From NCBI GenBank assembly GCA_965202585.1, contig OZ241828.1:24490001-24554000 (forward strand): DNA of 64,000 nt, given 5' to 3'. Origin of the DNA: Thalia democratica (Eukaryota). The position numbers and the translations under genes are program-made. The notes below the pieces were generated by a model. The model was not told the DNA's origin and ran no database searches. It was given only the letters and a program-made list of their open reading frames with translations. Positions 48,242 to 58,749 of this stretch are shown here, one piece after another (position 1 is the first letter of the stretch; each line of letters opens with the position of its first letter).

Positions 48242-50408
48242 GCTAGAAAGCCTGCTAATTTTTTTTTACTAAATCAATAAACTTATCAAAACCTTGACTT
48301 TTATCAATCCTAAGTGTTTTTATTGGTTTAATATTTTAAAGGTAAAAAAAAAACATATCTTCTAACACAAAAGTTAAATTTAAAGTAAAAATCTAAATGT
48401 GTAGAAAATATACAATAAGTAGACTTATCTGTTTAAAAGAAGTACTTTAAACTATTTTTTTTTATTCAAGCATTTTAAATAAAACAAAAACCATTAAAAA
48501 AACATTTTTTTTCAAAGGCTTACGAATACAAATAAACTTCAAAACCTCTATACATTTTTAAAGCACTATAAACTATATTGAGTCAATATCTTATTGTACA
48601 GTACTTGTTTTTTTATTTATTTAGGCTCACTTAAACTTGTGTTTGATTTGAAGTGTCTCAGAATTATAAAACGTATTAGCACATGATGTAAAAAATATAA
48701 AGCTAACAGATCACTACAAAAACAATACCTTAGCTGATACTAAATATACTCAACAAAATAAATTTTCTGATATCTACATACTTTTAATTTAACTTCTTAC
48801 TCGAAAACCAATCTATCTAAAAAAATATATCTGTTAAAATGGTGTTAAAATATATCTACATGAAAAAACTGATAAGAATTTATTTTTTAGCTTATCATTA
48901 AAATGTAAATTTTAAAACGTGTATTTTTAAGCACTTTAAACTGTATTAAGTTAACAAAAAAATTATAAAATAGTTTATTGGTTTTACTATTTTAGTTTTT
49001 ATTTTCTTATTTTCATTTAAGTCTGTATTAGATTTTTAATATAACATAGTGCACATAATTTTTTGGAATAAAATGAAAGATCACTAAAATTTAAACTTTA
49101 ATACCTTAGCTGATACTAGACATTTTTTTACTAAAGTCTTTTCTAATATCTACATATTTAAATTAAACTTTTACTTAAAATAAAAGTTTTCATTCTAGAC
49201 AACCATTTAGCAACATCTACCAATTTTAGATGTTATAATCTACAGTTACAATTTAAAGTAATTAATCTAAAAAAACTCAAGTCTTAATATGTTTAGCTGA
49301 AAATAAAACTGTTAATTTAATTTTAACAACATTATTCTTTAACACAAAACTTAGTAAAAACAAAAACAAAACATTTTTTAATGTTATCTAACCTGTAAAC
49401 ATTGTAATAAAATCTAAGTTAAAAACCTTGTTATATAGTTCTTTTTATTTTGTAGAGTTTTAATTTAAAAACGCAATTGTTTGTGAAATGAACTATAGAG
49501 TTTTTAATGTTTTTTTAGAATAATATTTAATTATTTCTTATAAAAGTAATATAAATATTATGAATATTTTCTAAGTTTAAATTCTAAGACGAGCTTAATA
49601 TTATTTAATTTAAATAAAAGCTCTTAATTTTTGATTTTGTGGTGAACAATGGCAAATTTATGTTAAAAGTTCAATCATAAATTAGTAATATTTCACATCG
49701 TTAATGTTAGGTTTTTTATTTAGTTTGCCTCAATTATTCTCATGATTTATCAAAACATGTTTTATTTTTAGGAAATTCTTCAGTGACAAAACGTTTATTG
49801 AAACTCCATCAGTAACTGAGTGTAATGTTTATTTTAAGTTTAAATACTATATGAAGGTTCAAAAGCTTTACTTGTTTAAAGTTTGAAAAATTTAGAATAG
49901 CATTTTAACTGGACAAGTTTATCAGTTTTACTTCACCAAATTAATTTTAGATTTAAATTATTAGATCTTTTAGAATACGATATCACAGCTAATGAAAATT
50001 GTATGTTTATACTTGATATATAAATTTGTGTTTTTACGTTTTATTTTTTAAATTTAAAGATAGGCTAAAATAAATTTCAGCTTCACAATTATAGATAATC
50101 TAATTTATTTAAGTTTAATTGATTCATCTGTGAATAAAAAAACTCTCACAATTTAATGTTAAAATTCTCCTTTACCATTTCCTCATGGTTTTCACAACTT
50201 ATTAAAACATATTTTAATAATTTTTAAACTCTTTAATTAAACCTAGCTTAGAACTATCGACTAAAACAAAGAAAGTGCACAAGTTTATAGACTAACAACG
50301 AGAAAAATAATTTAAAGTAAAAGCTGTCATATTGGTAAAACTTCACTTTCATTCGACTAAATGCCAGAATTTACGATGAACGAAGTTTTATTTACGGTAA
50401 CGCGGACC

Positions 50409-50480
50409 ATGATAAGTGTGCAGAAAATGATAAGTTTGCAGAAAATGATAAGTGTGCAGAAAATGATAAGTGTGCAGAAA
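50409..50480. repeat. 18-bp tandem repeat x4 (ATGATAAGTGTGCAGAAA) inside the block-3 copy of the unassigned segment (about 50320-50800)
   Basis: Four units are read directly; the block-1 paralog has one unit (atgaaaagtgtgcagaaa, about 17304-17321). Confidence 0.9.
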
Positions 50481-50942
50481 ATCAACACTTTCCACCTAAG
50501 GTGTCCCTGCCTTATTCATAGAACTTGATTCTTAGATCTTACAAAAGGTCACCAACTAGCAAGTGTTGAAATAGAATTCCTTAACCAATTTGAACATGTT
50601 ATAAGAATTGGCGACAAGTGAAGGATATGAACCCAAAAGGTATGTTGTACACCTAGTTGGTCTAAAACAAAGTTTTAACACATCTTCTGAGCGCTAATTA
50701 TCTTGAATATAATCAAGTATGATTGAGGGGAGTTTGCTAATGACGCGACAAATATCAAAGTTATACCTACAAAAGGATGATAGAGAGAAAAATTAAATAC
50801 TAAATAAAAATTAAGTTGATGAATAAACCAAAGTTTCAAATAGATTTCATTTTTATTATTTCATACTTTCTTGCATCATTGTGGCTGTCTGATTATAGTA
50901 TTTTTTGAGCACATCTTGACATTTTTATCCAATTGCCAAACA

Positions 50943-51334
50943 TTAAAGTTCAATTATTGAGTCTGGAGGCAACTCAATGCTCGGCTCCAACTCAATAATA
51001 TCAGGTTTAATTTTTTTTCATTCTGCATTTTACTTGTACTTTTTTATTTAGTTTCGAAGTCCAAGCAATCGTTTTTCCACATTCGGGACATTTACTAATT
51101 ATTTCATCGAAACAGTGCGAATGAAAATAGTGTCCACGGCTGGTCATTAACGGGCATTTTTGTTCGTTTTTTTTTCAAATCTTCAATACTTTGATTTTCT
51201 TCTTTTTGTTTACATTTAACGCAGAAATCGTAAGTTCTGTTTTTGAAGGTGTAGCAAATATATGTTTGTTTTTACTTTTTACAGTAACACATCTTATTTT
51301 GCTGATAGAGTTCCAAAAAAAACTTATAATCCAT
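50943..51334 (-). pseudogene. RBX1/APC11-like RING-H2 gene remnant R2
   Basis: ATG at 51334, TAA at 50943-50945. Across frameshifts reads ICY...YDFCVKC...KCPLMTSRGHYFHSHCFDEIISKCPECGKTIAW...PDIIELEPSIELPPDSIIEL; FHSHC mirrors RBX1 FHFHC. Confidence 0.72.
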
Positions 51335-51862
51335 GATTTTGATGTTTATTAATAAACAAAAGTATTAATACTTTTTTTTATTGAACGAATACATAAAAAA
51401 TATTCGAACATTTATAAAAATCGACATAGAAATAAAATATTTTACAAAAAAAAACATAAATATAGTTCTGTTTGTTTTTGATTTGGACAAACAGTTTGCT
51501 TCCACGTATTACTACCATGGAAATAGAAATAAAATTATCAGTTAATTTATATAAAATTAAATGTTATAATATTAATTTTGATCTACATTGTAATACGCCT
51601 TGAAAAACTTTTAAGGTTGAAATATCATTAACTAATGATATTCGAAAAATGCTTAAAACATCTTTTAAAAACTAATTTTCATCAGTTTTCTATTTTTTAT
51701 ATTATTTACCTTTAATTTAGTTTTAACAAAGATATTTTTACCATTTAAAGTCAACAGTTTTCTTTAGATTTTCAGTACTTTTCAAACATGTATTAATTAT
51801 ACCAAGGTTTGTGAAGTTGATCGGTTTATTTGTGAAGTTTTTGTACATGCTATTTATTTTTA

Positions 51863-52744
51863 TCAAAAGTTTTTTGTAATGTTAGAGATCGGTTTGTCTT
51901 GGATAATGACCTCTTCATCAGGAAAACAACTCAGTATTTCCAAACCATGATGACAAAAATTTACTTCGCTTTTACAAACTTCAGGTAAACTGCGTAAAAA
52001 TCGATCAAAATACTTTATTGCCAGACTGTAGTATTTTTCTATAAAATAAATTAAAAAGTTTATTAAGTTTTCGTACCATAAATTCGACTTATATCCAACA
52101 TTAAACTCAATAATGGTGGCCTATCAATAAGTTTAAATTTACTAAACAGTTCGTCAAGCAATACTGATATCCATTTTTTAATACTTTTTGATAAATCAGT
52201 AAGGAATTTACTTTCATTATGCTCAAGATAAAACATGCTTAATTTCGTTTTTTTATAATTCAAAAATTTACTTTAAAAAAATTGTATTTCTTGAACCATA
52301 TCTTAGGGGATTTGACCAAGCCTTAAAATAAAACTCTTTAAGCGGTTTTTTTTTATAAGGTTCAACTTGTATTCCTATTTCAAACTTTTTTATCAAATAC
52401 TACTTTTTCAAATCAAATTCTTCAATAATTGCTTTGCTTTTTGCATTAAATGGGTATACATTTTTCTTACCTGGATATCTTTGTTTAATTAACTTTACAG
52501 ATTCAATTGAAAACAAGTGGACTTCAGCGTATCTTTTTGTCTCAAGATGCTTGTTTCTTTGAATTTTGACATCAATTACATCAGTAATACCAATATTTTC
52601 AATTTGCTTCACAATTTCAATTTCACTCGTACCAGGTTTCAATCCACCAATTAAAAGCGAGTGTTTATTTCCATGGTAATCATACTTGAGAGATTTGTCC
52701 AAATGATAATCCTCAAATACAAAACTGCTTTGACAATTACTCAT
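51863..52744 (-). pseudogene. Family X copy C1: divergent subtype with one RRM, disrupted
   Basis: ATG at 52744, 114-aa RRM1 ORF ending in an early stop. The second RRM-like repeat is absent; C-terminal pieces KFLTDLSKSIKKWISVLLDELF and NFCHHGLEILSCFPDEEV...KNF-stop (51863) are present. Confidence 0.85.
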
Positions 52745-53143
52745 GCTAGAAAGATTATTTAATTTTTGGATTTCGACTAAGTATATAAAATAGTAACTAA
52801 ACCTTAACTTCTACAACTATAAAGGGCTTAAGCCTAAAGTTGAAAACTGTCGAAAATATTCAAGCAGAATTACAGGTTAGGACTAAAAGTACTAAAACAT
52901 ATTATTTTAGTACAAGTACTTTTGATATAACATAAGCTATAACATAAGTACTGAAAAATAATTTTTTTAATAGTACAGAATGTCGTAACTATAGCAGTTT
53001 CCATTGGTTTGATAAATATATATAAAAACTTTTTTTCTCAAAAGTTTATAAGTCAAAATAAATTTTAAACACGGCAATTATCTTTATAATTTTAGAGCTC
53101 TATAATCTTAATTGAGTCAAAAAACAAGCTATACAGTACTAAT

Positions 53144-53200
53144 CAGGGACGTAGCGTGGGGAGGGACACTGGCGCATGCGTGCCACCCAAAAAAAGAAAA
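53144..53200 (+). mobile_element. Solo hAT-like terminus (CAGGGACGTAGCGTGGGG)
   Basis: Similar to the reverse complement of 40080-40127, including the following GC hairpin-like tract and A-run. No matching right end with TSD found. Confidence 0.5.
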
Positions 53201-54805
53201 GAAGTTAAAAAAAAAGAATGTAATATCTTTATTGTTTATTTTTTTGGTTAATTTGCCTTTTTTCAACTATGTTTATCTAGTATTCGAAAAGTTAACAAAA
53301 TTTTGAATACCAATTAGTGAAAAGTTAGGAAAATTACCTAATATAATGACTTTGTGCGCGAGCGAAAGTGCGCACCGATGTTGATAAAAAACTACATAAG
53401 GACAAATTTTATAACTTCATTAACTTCATAAGAATTTAGGCTCACAAAGTACGTCAAAAAATGACTATGCTGAAGAAATTAGCTACAAAAAAATATAAAT
53501 AGTAAAATAGTAAAATATAAATAAAAATATATTAAAATTTAACGGCAACTATTCTTAAAAACAAGTATTTTAATTGGTTTCATGACAATTCAAATTATTA
53601 TAAAGATGTGTAGAGGACCACTATTAAAAAAGTAGCATATATTTTGAAAAACTGTTAGTAGGTTTAATTAATAAGATTATATACTTAGAAAAATATAACT
53701 TTTCAATAAATAATAATTTTAAAATTAATTTTAGCCATATCTGAAAAATGAATGCAATTTTGAAACTAATGATTTAGACCTAAAAACTATTTTCTTTTAT
53801 TTCTGGAAAGCACGTAGTACTTTTTGAGTTGTTGCCTTAAATTTTTTTAAAAATTTAATGTTATGAATTTGCATTGAACGAAGTTAAGTAACCTTACCCC
53901 TGTATAAATTATTCATAGGTTTCAGTTTTAAAGTAACAATTTTTATAGATGAGCTACCAGATGTGGCTTATTAATTTAAACTTAAGATATGCATATAGAT
54001 ATGTTAGTTTTATTCGTTATTAACGTCAGGTTTGTACACATACTACCAATTTTTTTTCTAACATAAATGTATAACCAACTTATCTGTTTTCTTAAAGTTA
54101 ATTAATTTTTTACAACTAAGTATTTATAGCTTAGAAAAAACTAAACTACTTGTAAACTGTTTTTATTATTAATATATTGACAAAATCTTTAAAAGCTATT
54201 GCTAAACTTCTAACTTTGCTGTAAACTTTAAAAAAAATATTATTTCTTTTTTTTTTAAGCTAATTATTAAAATAAAAAGTTTTTTTACATTCAATATTTA
54301 TACATATATATGTTGCATAATGTTGAAAAACAACAACACAGTACAAGCAATAATAATAAATTAATCTTGAATATTTTTTTTACTTAAAATTTTTATTGAG
54401 GTTACCATTATAGCTGACATTTTTAGGTTTTAAGACATAAACTGTTAAAATAAAACAATATTTAAGTTAATTAGTGATTAAAGATTAGCAAATTTTTTTA
54501 TGCTTTAGTTGAGCTTCTTAATAACGTTAACAACTTTTGATTAAACAAAGTAAAACTTATTTTCCAGTAAAATAGATGGTAAAAACATAATCTGTTAAAC
54601 TCTTCAAGTTATTTACATACTTAAGCTGTTTGTCTTTTTATGTCTAATCTTGCCATACAGCAAAATTGTTAAAACTATTACTTTAAAAGTATCCCTTGTA
54701 TTAGTAAAAACAAAAGAGTGTTTAGAAAAAGAAACTTTTATTGTAGATTGTAAATAAACATCAATGTGAACAAATTAATGGTTGGAAGAAGAGAAACTGT
54801 TAATT

Positions 54806-55136
54806 TCAGCATAGAGGTAAACCCACCACTCTGCAAAGAAGCGTCTTAATACTCTTACTAGTATCGGGCATATGCATCTTCTCCTCTACTTTAACCTCGG
54901 TGGTCCTTTGATCGGGACTGTACGCCTTCTCACGCAGACCCTCAAACTCCTTTGCAACCGCTTTCGGGTCGTTATTGGTGATCTCGCAGCAGATGGAGCT
55001 ACCGTCGTCCAACCTGATCAGAAGGCCCTTCACGAGCATGACGGTGATGGACTTGTCGGTGTCCACCCACCAGTCCATGTCGCGAACCCGACCGTTGCTT
55101 TCCGGGACGAAGGAAGCGATCTTTTCGTTTTTATAT
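54806..55136 (-). CDS. Secreted Cu/Zn-SOD-like protein, coding exon 2
   Basis: Acceptor ttgttccAG at 55138-55137, phase 2 joins exon 1 (AG+A=Arg). Translates YKNEKIASFVPESNGRV...SITVMLVKGLLIRLDDGSSICCEI...RVVGLPLC-stop. The SOD-like assignment rests on weak motif similarity. Confidence 0.75.
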
Positions 55137-55189
55137 CTGGAACAAAGCAAGCTTTTAGTTTTAGCTATCAAGTGCATAGTAAACTGTTT

Positions 55190-55265
55190 AAAGTTTAATA
55201 AAAAAGTAAAATTTTTAAAGTTTAATAGACAAGTAAAATATTTAAAGTTTAATAGACAAGTACAT
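55190..55265. repeat. 27-bp tandem repeat x3 in the intron
   Basis: aaagtttaata.a.aagtaaaat.ttt is repeated three times. Confidence 0.8.
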
Positions 55266-55445
55266 GTTTAATAAAACAAACAAGGCATGACGTAGATTGT
55301 TAATTCAAAACAAGGTATTATTCATTTTGTTTCAATATTTTCTGGCAACGATCAGTTGTTTCAAAATAACTTAACCACTATTTAAAGTTACAAATTCTAA
55401 GTGAAAGGTAGTTTTAGTTTAAAAATGTCAATTATATCAACCCAC

Positions 55446-55696
55446 CTCATCAGTCTTTCGCAGGTGTCACGCTCCGGGCGCTTCGTCAGCTCAACCTCTA
55501 CAGTTTTGTCTCCTCCGTGCAAGCGAATATTCGATCTTCCGATCATTCTGCGGCCTACCTGCTTGAACAAAATGACACCGTGAGCCTGGTGAACAGTACT
55601 AGGGAAGGCGCATTTGGCATACTGCTTTGACGGAGTTGCCGTTGCAGCGCAGAAGAAGAGGCAAATGGCCAACAGTGAAACGATTAACTTTGTCAT
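55446..55696 (-). CDS. Secreted Cu/Zn-SOD-like protein, coding exon 1 (signal peptide); spliced product 193 aa
   Basis: ATG at 55696, hydrophobic leader MTKLIVSLLAICLFFCAATA, then AKCAFP...HGVILFKQ (SOD N-terminal A.C.L...G.I.F.Q pattern). Donor GTGGGT at 55445; GC-rich codons like the SLC28 exons. Confidence 0.78.
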
Positions 55697-57227
55697 GATA
55701 CTTGAGTGCTTCTGTGAAAAAATTCTGTGAAAAAATTGTTTGCTAACTTTAGTAGATACTCAATGCAGAAGAATTTTTTAATATGTAGTTTTTAAAGTTT
55801 TAAAATCAAAATGCTTTTTTAAGAGCAGATGTAGTTTTTTTTCTGATTTGAATGTCCAAACACAATTTTTAACTTTTTAAAGCATGAAGTTTGTACGAGT
55901 CTTAAGTTCAAATATCTTGTTATAAAATAGATTTCTAATTATGAAACTTATACATCAACTACTAAGATAAGCATTAGACTAAGTTTATATGTTGTACAAC
56001 TCTAAACAGATAAACAGATAAAGTTTTAAAGCTTTATTGAAACTTTATAAGTAAAGTTATTATCACTCTAAACTAAAGTTCTGTTTAACACATTAACTAT
56101 TAGAGTTGTTGAAAAAGTAGACTTGGATAGAAACCAACATTTATAAATTCAGTTTTTATTTTAATCTATTTCTATTCAACTTCTAGTTAAGGTAAAATTT
56201 TCTTATGCCTAGGTTAATTTCAGAACTATTAAAGTTCTTATTCTTAAAATTTTTCTTTTTTTCTAGCAATTTTTAAAGAATAAATTTTAGTTAATTTTCC
56301 TTTCAAAACCTTCTTTGAAAAACTTTCACGAGAGTTCTGACTTCATACAAAAAAAAAGTTATATAGTTTTTGACATGCTTTAAATCAGCTTTTAATTTTT
56401 TAAATAATAAACAAAGTATTTCTTTTACACAATTTGAGCAATCCTAAGCCAAAAATGTTTCAAATAGACTTTTGTACTTTATCTTTGACGTAGCTCCTTA
56501 TATACCTTGGAAAGTGTCGTAAAACACTAATAAACTAATTATAAGGATTAAGCTTAAACTATTTAACAAGAGTATGTCAGTTGAAAATACCAATTTGAAA
56601 GCCTATCATGCCATTTGTATTATTGTTTAAGATTAAAAACTATTTGTTAATAGTATTTTCTACCATTTTTTTTTATTGTTTAAATTTGTTATACACTGGT
56701 TTTTAATACCATCTGTACTGATCATAATTTAAGATTTGTAAACTGAGTTCTAATTAGAATTTTTTGCTACCAATTGTTTTTATTGTTTTCTTAAAACACT
56801 ATTTTTTGCCCGGGCATGGTTAATTTGTTTTTAGTTTTATAAGCTTGAATTATAGTTAGTAACAATAAATTAATTTTTGTTAAGCTTACTTTTCATAACT
56901 TCGAAGTTAGTTTTACTGTATAATATTTTTAAATTTAGTATGGATTTAATTTAAACAATAAAAACAATTGGATGTAAAAGACATCAAATAGAATTAGTTT
57001 TAAAATCTTAAATAATGATTAGTACAAAAAGCATTTTTAACCAGTGATATTCAAATTGTATTTTAAACTTACATACTTTTGTGTTTAAATCCTTGATCAT
57101 TCAAGCTTAATCCTTAATGAGTGTATTGGTTTATTACGAAACTTTCTGCGGTATATAAAGAGCTAAGAAAAAGATAAATTTGAAAATTTATTTGAAACAA
57201 CTATAAGTTAAATTTACTGAAATTTTA

Positions 57228-57450
57228 TTAATATAACTTTGTTTAGTATTTTAAAACTTAGAAACTGATTTGTAACATCTTATAAAGTATATATAAAATT
57301 TTAGTCAGAACTTTAGTGAAAATTTATTGCAGAAATTATCAAAACGAGGATGAACTAAAATTCATACTTTTTAATTTTATATAATTTCATCATTTTAAGA
57401 TGTTACAAATCAGTTTTCAAGTTTTGAAATATTAAACAAAGTTTTATTAA
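57228..57450. mobile_element. AT-rich MITE-like element with inverted repeats of about 53 bp
   Basis: aatataactttgtttagtatttt.aaaacttagaaactgatttgtaacatctta (about 57230-57282) versus the reverse complement of 57396-57448; TTAA at both outer edges. Confidence 0.6.
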
Positions 57451-57485
57451 CATAATTTGAGCAAACTTAAGTTATAGTTGTTTTT

Positions 57486-57630
57486 GGCAACCGAGAGAGG
57501 TTGCCAAAAAGTTCGAGGGTCTGGATGAGGACGTGAACCCGATAAGGTTATTGCAAGGTTTGTTTGCGGTATTCGATGCGGAAATTAGCTATTTGTTTTC
57601 TCTTCTTCCAACCATTAATTTGATCACATT
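57486..57630 (+). pseudogene. Inverted paralog fragment of the SOD-like gene (end of exon 2 plus proximal 3' UTR)
   Basis: QPREVAKKFEGLDE versus DPKAVAKEFEGLRE, and TTTCTCTTCTTCCAACCATTAATTTGATCACATTG versus the gene's 3' UTR TTTCTCTTCTTCCAACCATTAATTTGTTCACATTG (reverse complement of 54762-54796). Confidence 0.8.
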
Positions 57631-57883
57631 GGTCTTTATTTTAAAATGTACAACAAAATTTATTTTTTATACTAGTGAATCAAACTCTACTAAATTAAGG
57701 ATTATTTTTACATAGAAGTTTTAATCATTTACATCTTTAACTAAAAATCTAACTATTTATTCAAACTAACAAACAATTAGTAAACAATTTTTTTCTAAAC
57801 TGTAAAACGCAACTTTTCATAACAACAAAAAATCAAACAATAGTTTAAAAAATCTACAATTTTATTGCATACTTTAGTTAAAA

Positions 57884-57976
57884 TCGATTTCGGACAACAA
57901 TACGTCTTCAGTGAAGTTTAAACTAACCTAAGGTTAGTTTAAAATTCACTGAAGAAGGACTGTTGTCCGAAATCGA
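57884..57976. repeat. 93-bp near-perfect palindrome (46-bp arms, 4 mismatches, 1-nt centre)
   Basis: TCGATTTCGGACAACAATACGTCTTCAGTGAAGTTTAAACTAACCT-A-AGGTTAGTTTAAAATTCACTGAAGAAGGACTGTTGTCCGAAATCGA, read directly. Confidence 0.95.
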
Positions 57977-58000
57977 CTGTGTCCTGACCGATTTAATAAT
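57945..58000 (+). ncRNA. Minimal type I hammerhead ribozyme-like motif (Penelope pseudo-LTR type)
   Basis: CUGAAGA (57949-57955), A, stem II GGAC-UGUU-GUCC, GAAA (57969-57972), stem III UCG...CGA, AUU triplet ending at 57993. Stem I pairing is poor. Confidence 0.55.
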
Positions 58001-58238
58001 TATATATAAATCTTGTATTAAAATAACTAGAAAAACATTAGGTTCAGAATTCTAGGCTGAATAATAGAAGTTCAGAAGCTTAATAACTACCAATACTAAC
58101 AAGAAAAATCATAATTCACGTTAAGGCAGCATGTCGCGTTAGTAAACTTTCAAGCACTTTCGCTCGACTAAATGCAATAGCTTGGGGTAATCAAAGTATT
58201 TTAATCAAGTTTTAAGTTTATTGAGTCTATGCTCAGTA

Positions 58239-58345
58239 GTTTACTGACAATTCCTACCAGCGCACAATTCCCAATCAAAAGTTTCGATTTATCTCTATTT
58301 ATTTCTTTATTTTTTAATACTTTTGTTTTATTTTCTATCTTCCCA
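58239..58345 (+). mobile_element. Truncated end of a MITE related to 31223-31480
   Basis: GTTTACTGACAATTCCTACCAGCGCACAATTCCC followed by a T-rich tract parallels GGCATACTGACAATTCCCACCCG...CGTACAATTCTC of the 31.2-kb element. Confidence 0.55.
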
Positions 58346-58749
58346 TAGTTTTAAAACGTAGAATAAATAATAGTTTGTGTGTTATATTTGTTTAAACTTT
58401 GTTGCAATGTAACCATAAAGTATAAATTGATATTTGTAGTTTTAAATAGTAAGAAAAATTTTGTTGTTTGAAAATTATTTTAACATATACTTGTTTGAGT
58501 TAAAATTAGTTTTTTAACTAGATCGAAAACTAAAGTTATTACTTTTCGAGTTTTTTAATACTATTAAAGTTATTAAGTACTTGTTCTTAGAGTATTTTAA
58601 CTTAGTTCAATTTTGCCACGCAGACCTTGTAACATTTTTTATAAGCCGATGCATAAGTTTTGAACTAAGTAGCATTTATACAATTGCTTTATTTTTTAGC
58701 GCATTTAATGATATTATAATATTTATATTCTACTATTCGCTGCCTTAAC

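Noticed and set aside
7380-52744. Endogenous large DNA virus origin of the array (poxvirus-like AT-rich Kelch and APC11-like RING genes)
   Set aside because: Gene spacing is 1-3 kb, no viral hallmark genes are present, splice-acceptor-like sites precede the ATGs, and the structure is local tandem duplication. It cannot be fully excluded without a homology search.
53896-53902. ACCCCTG as the partner end of the hAT terminus at 53144
   Set aside because: Flanks do not form a TSD (GTACTAAT versus TATAAATT) and similarity does not extend past 6-7 nt.
54872-55583. Track ORFs 54872..55198, 54975..55271 and 55401..55583
   Set aside because: Antisense or alternative frames of the GC-rich SOD-like exons.
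57481-57510. 12-bp hairpin as an intrinsic terminator or transposon end
   Set aside because: Eukaryotic context, and the right arm is coding sequence of the SOD-like paralog stub.
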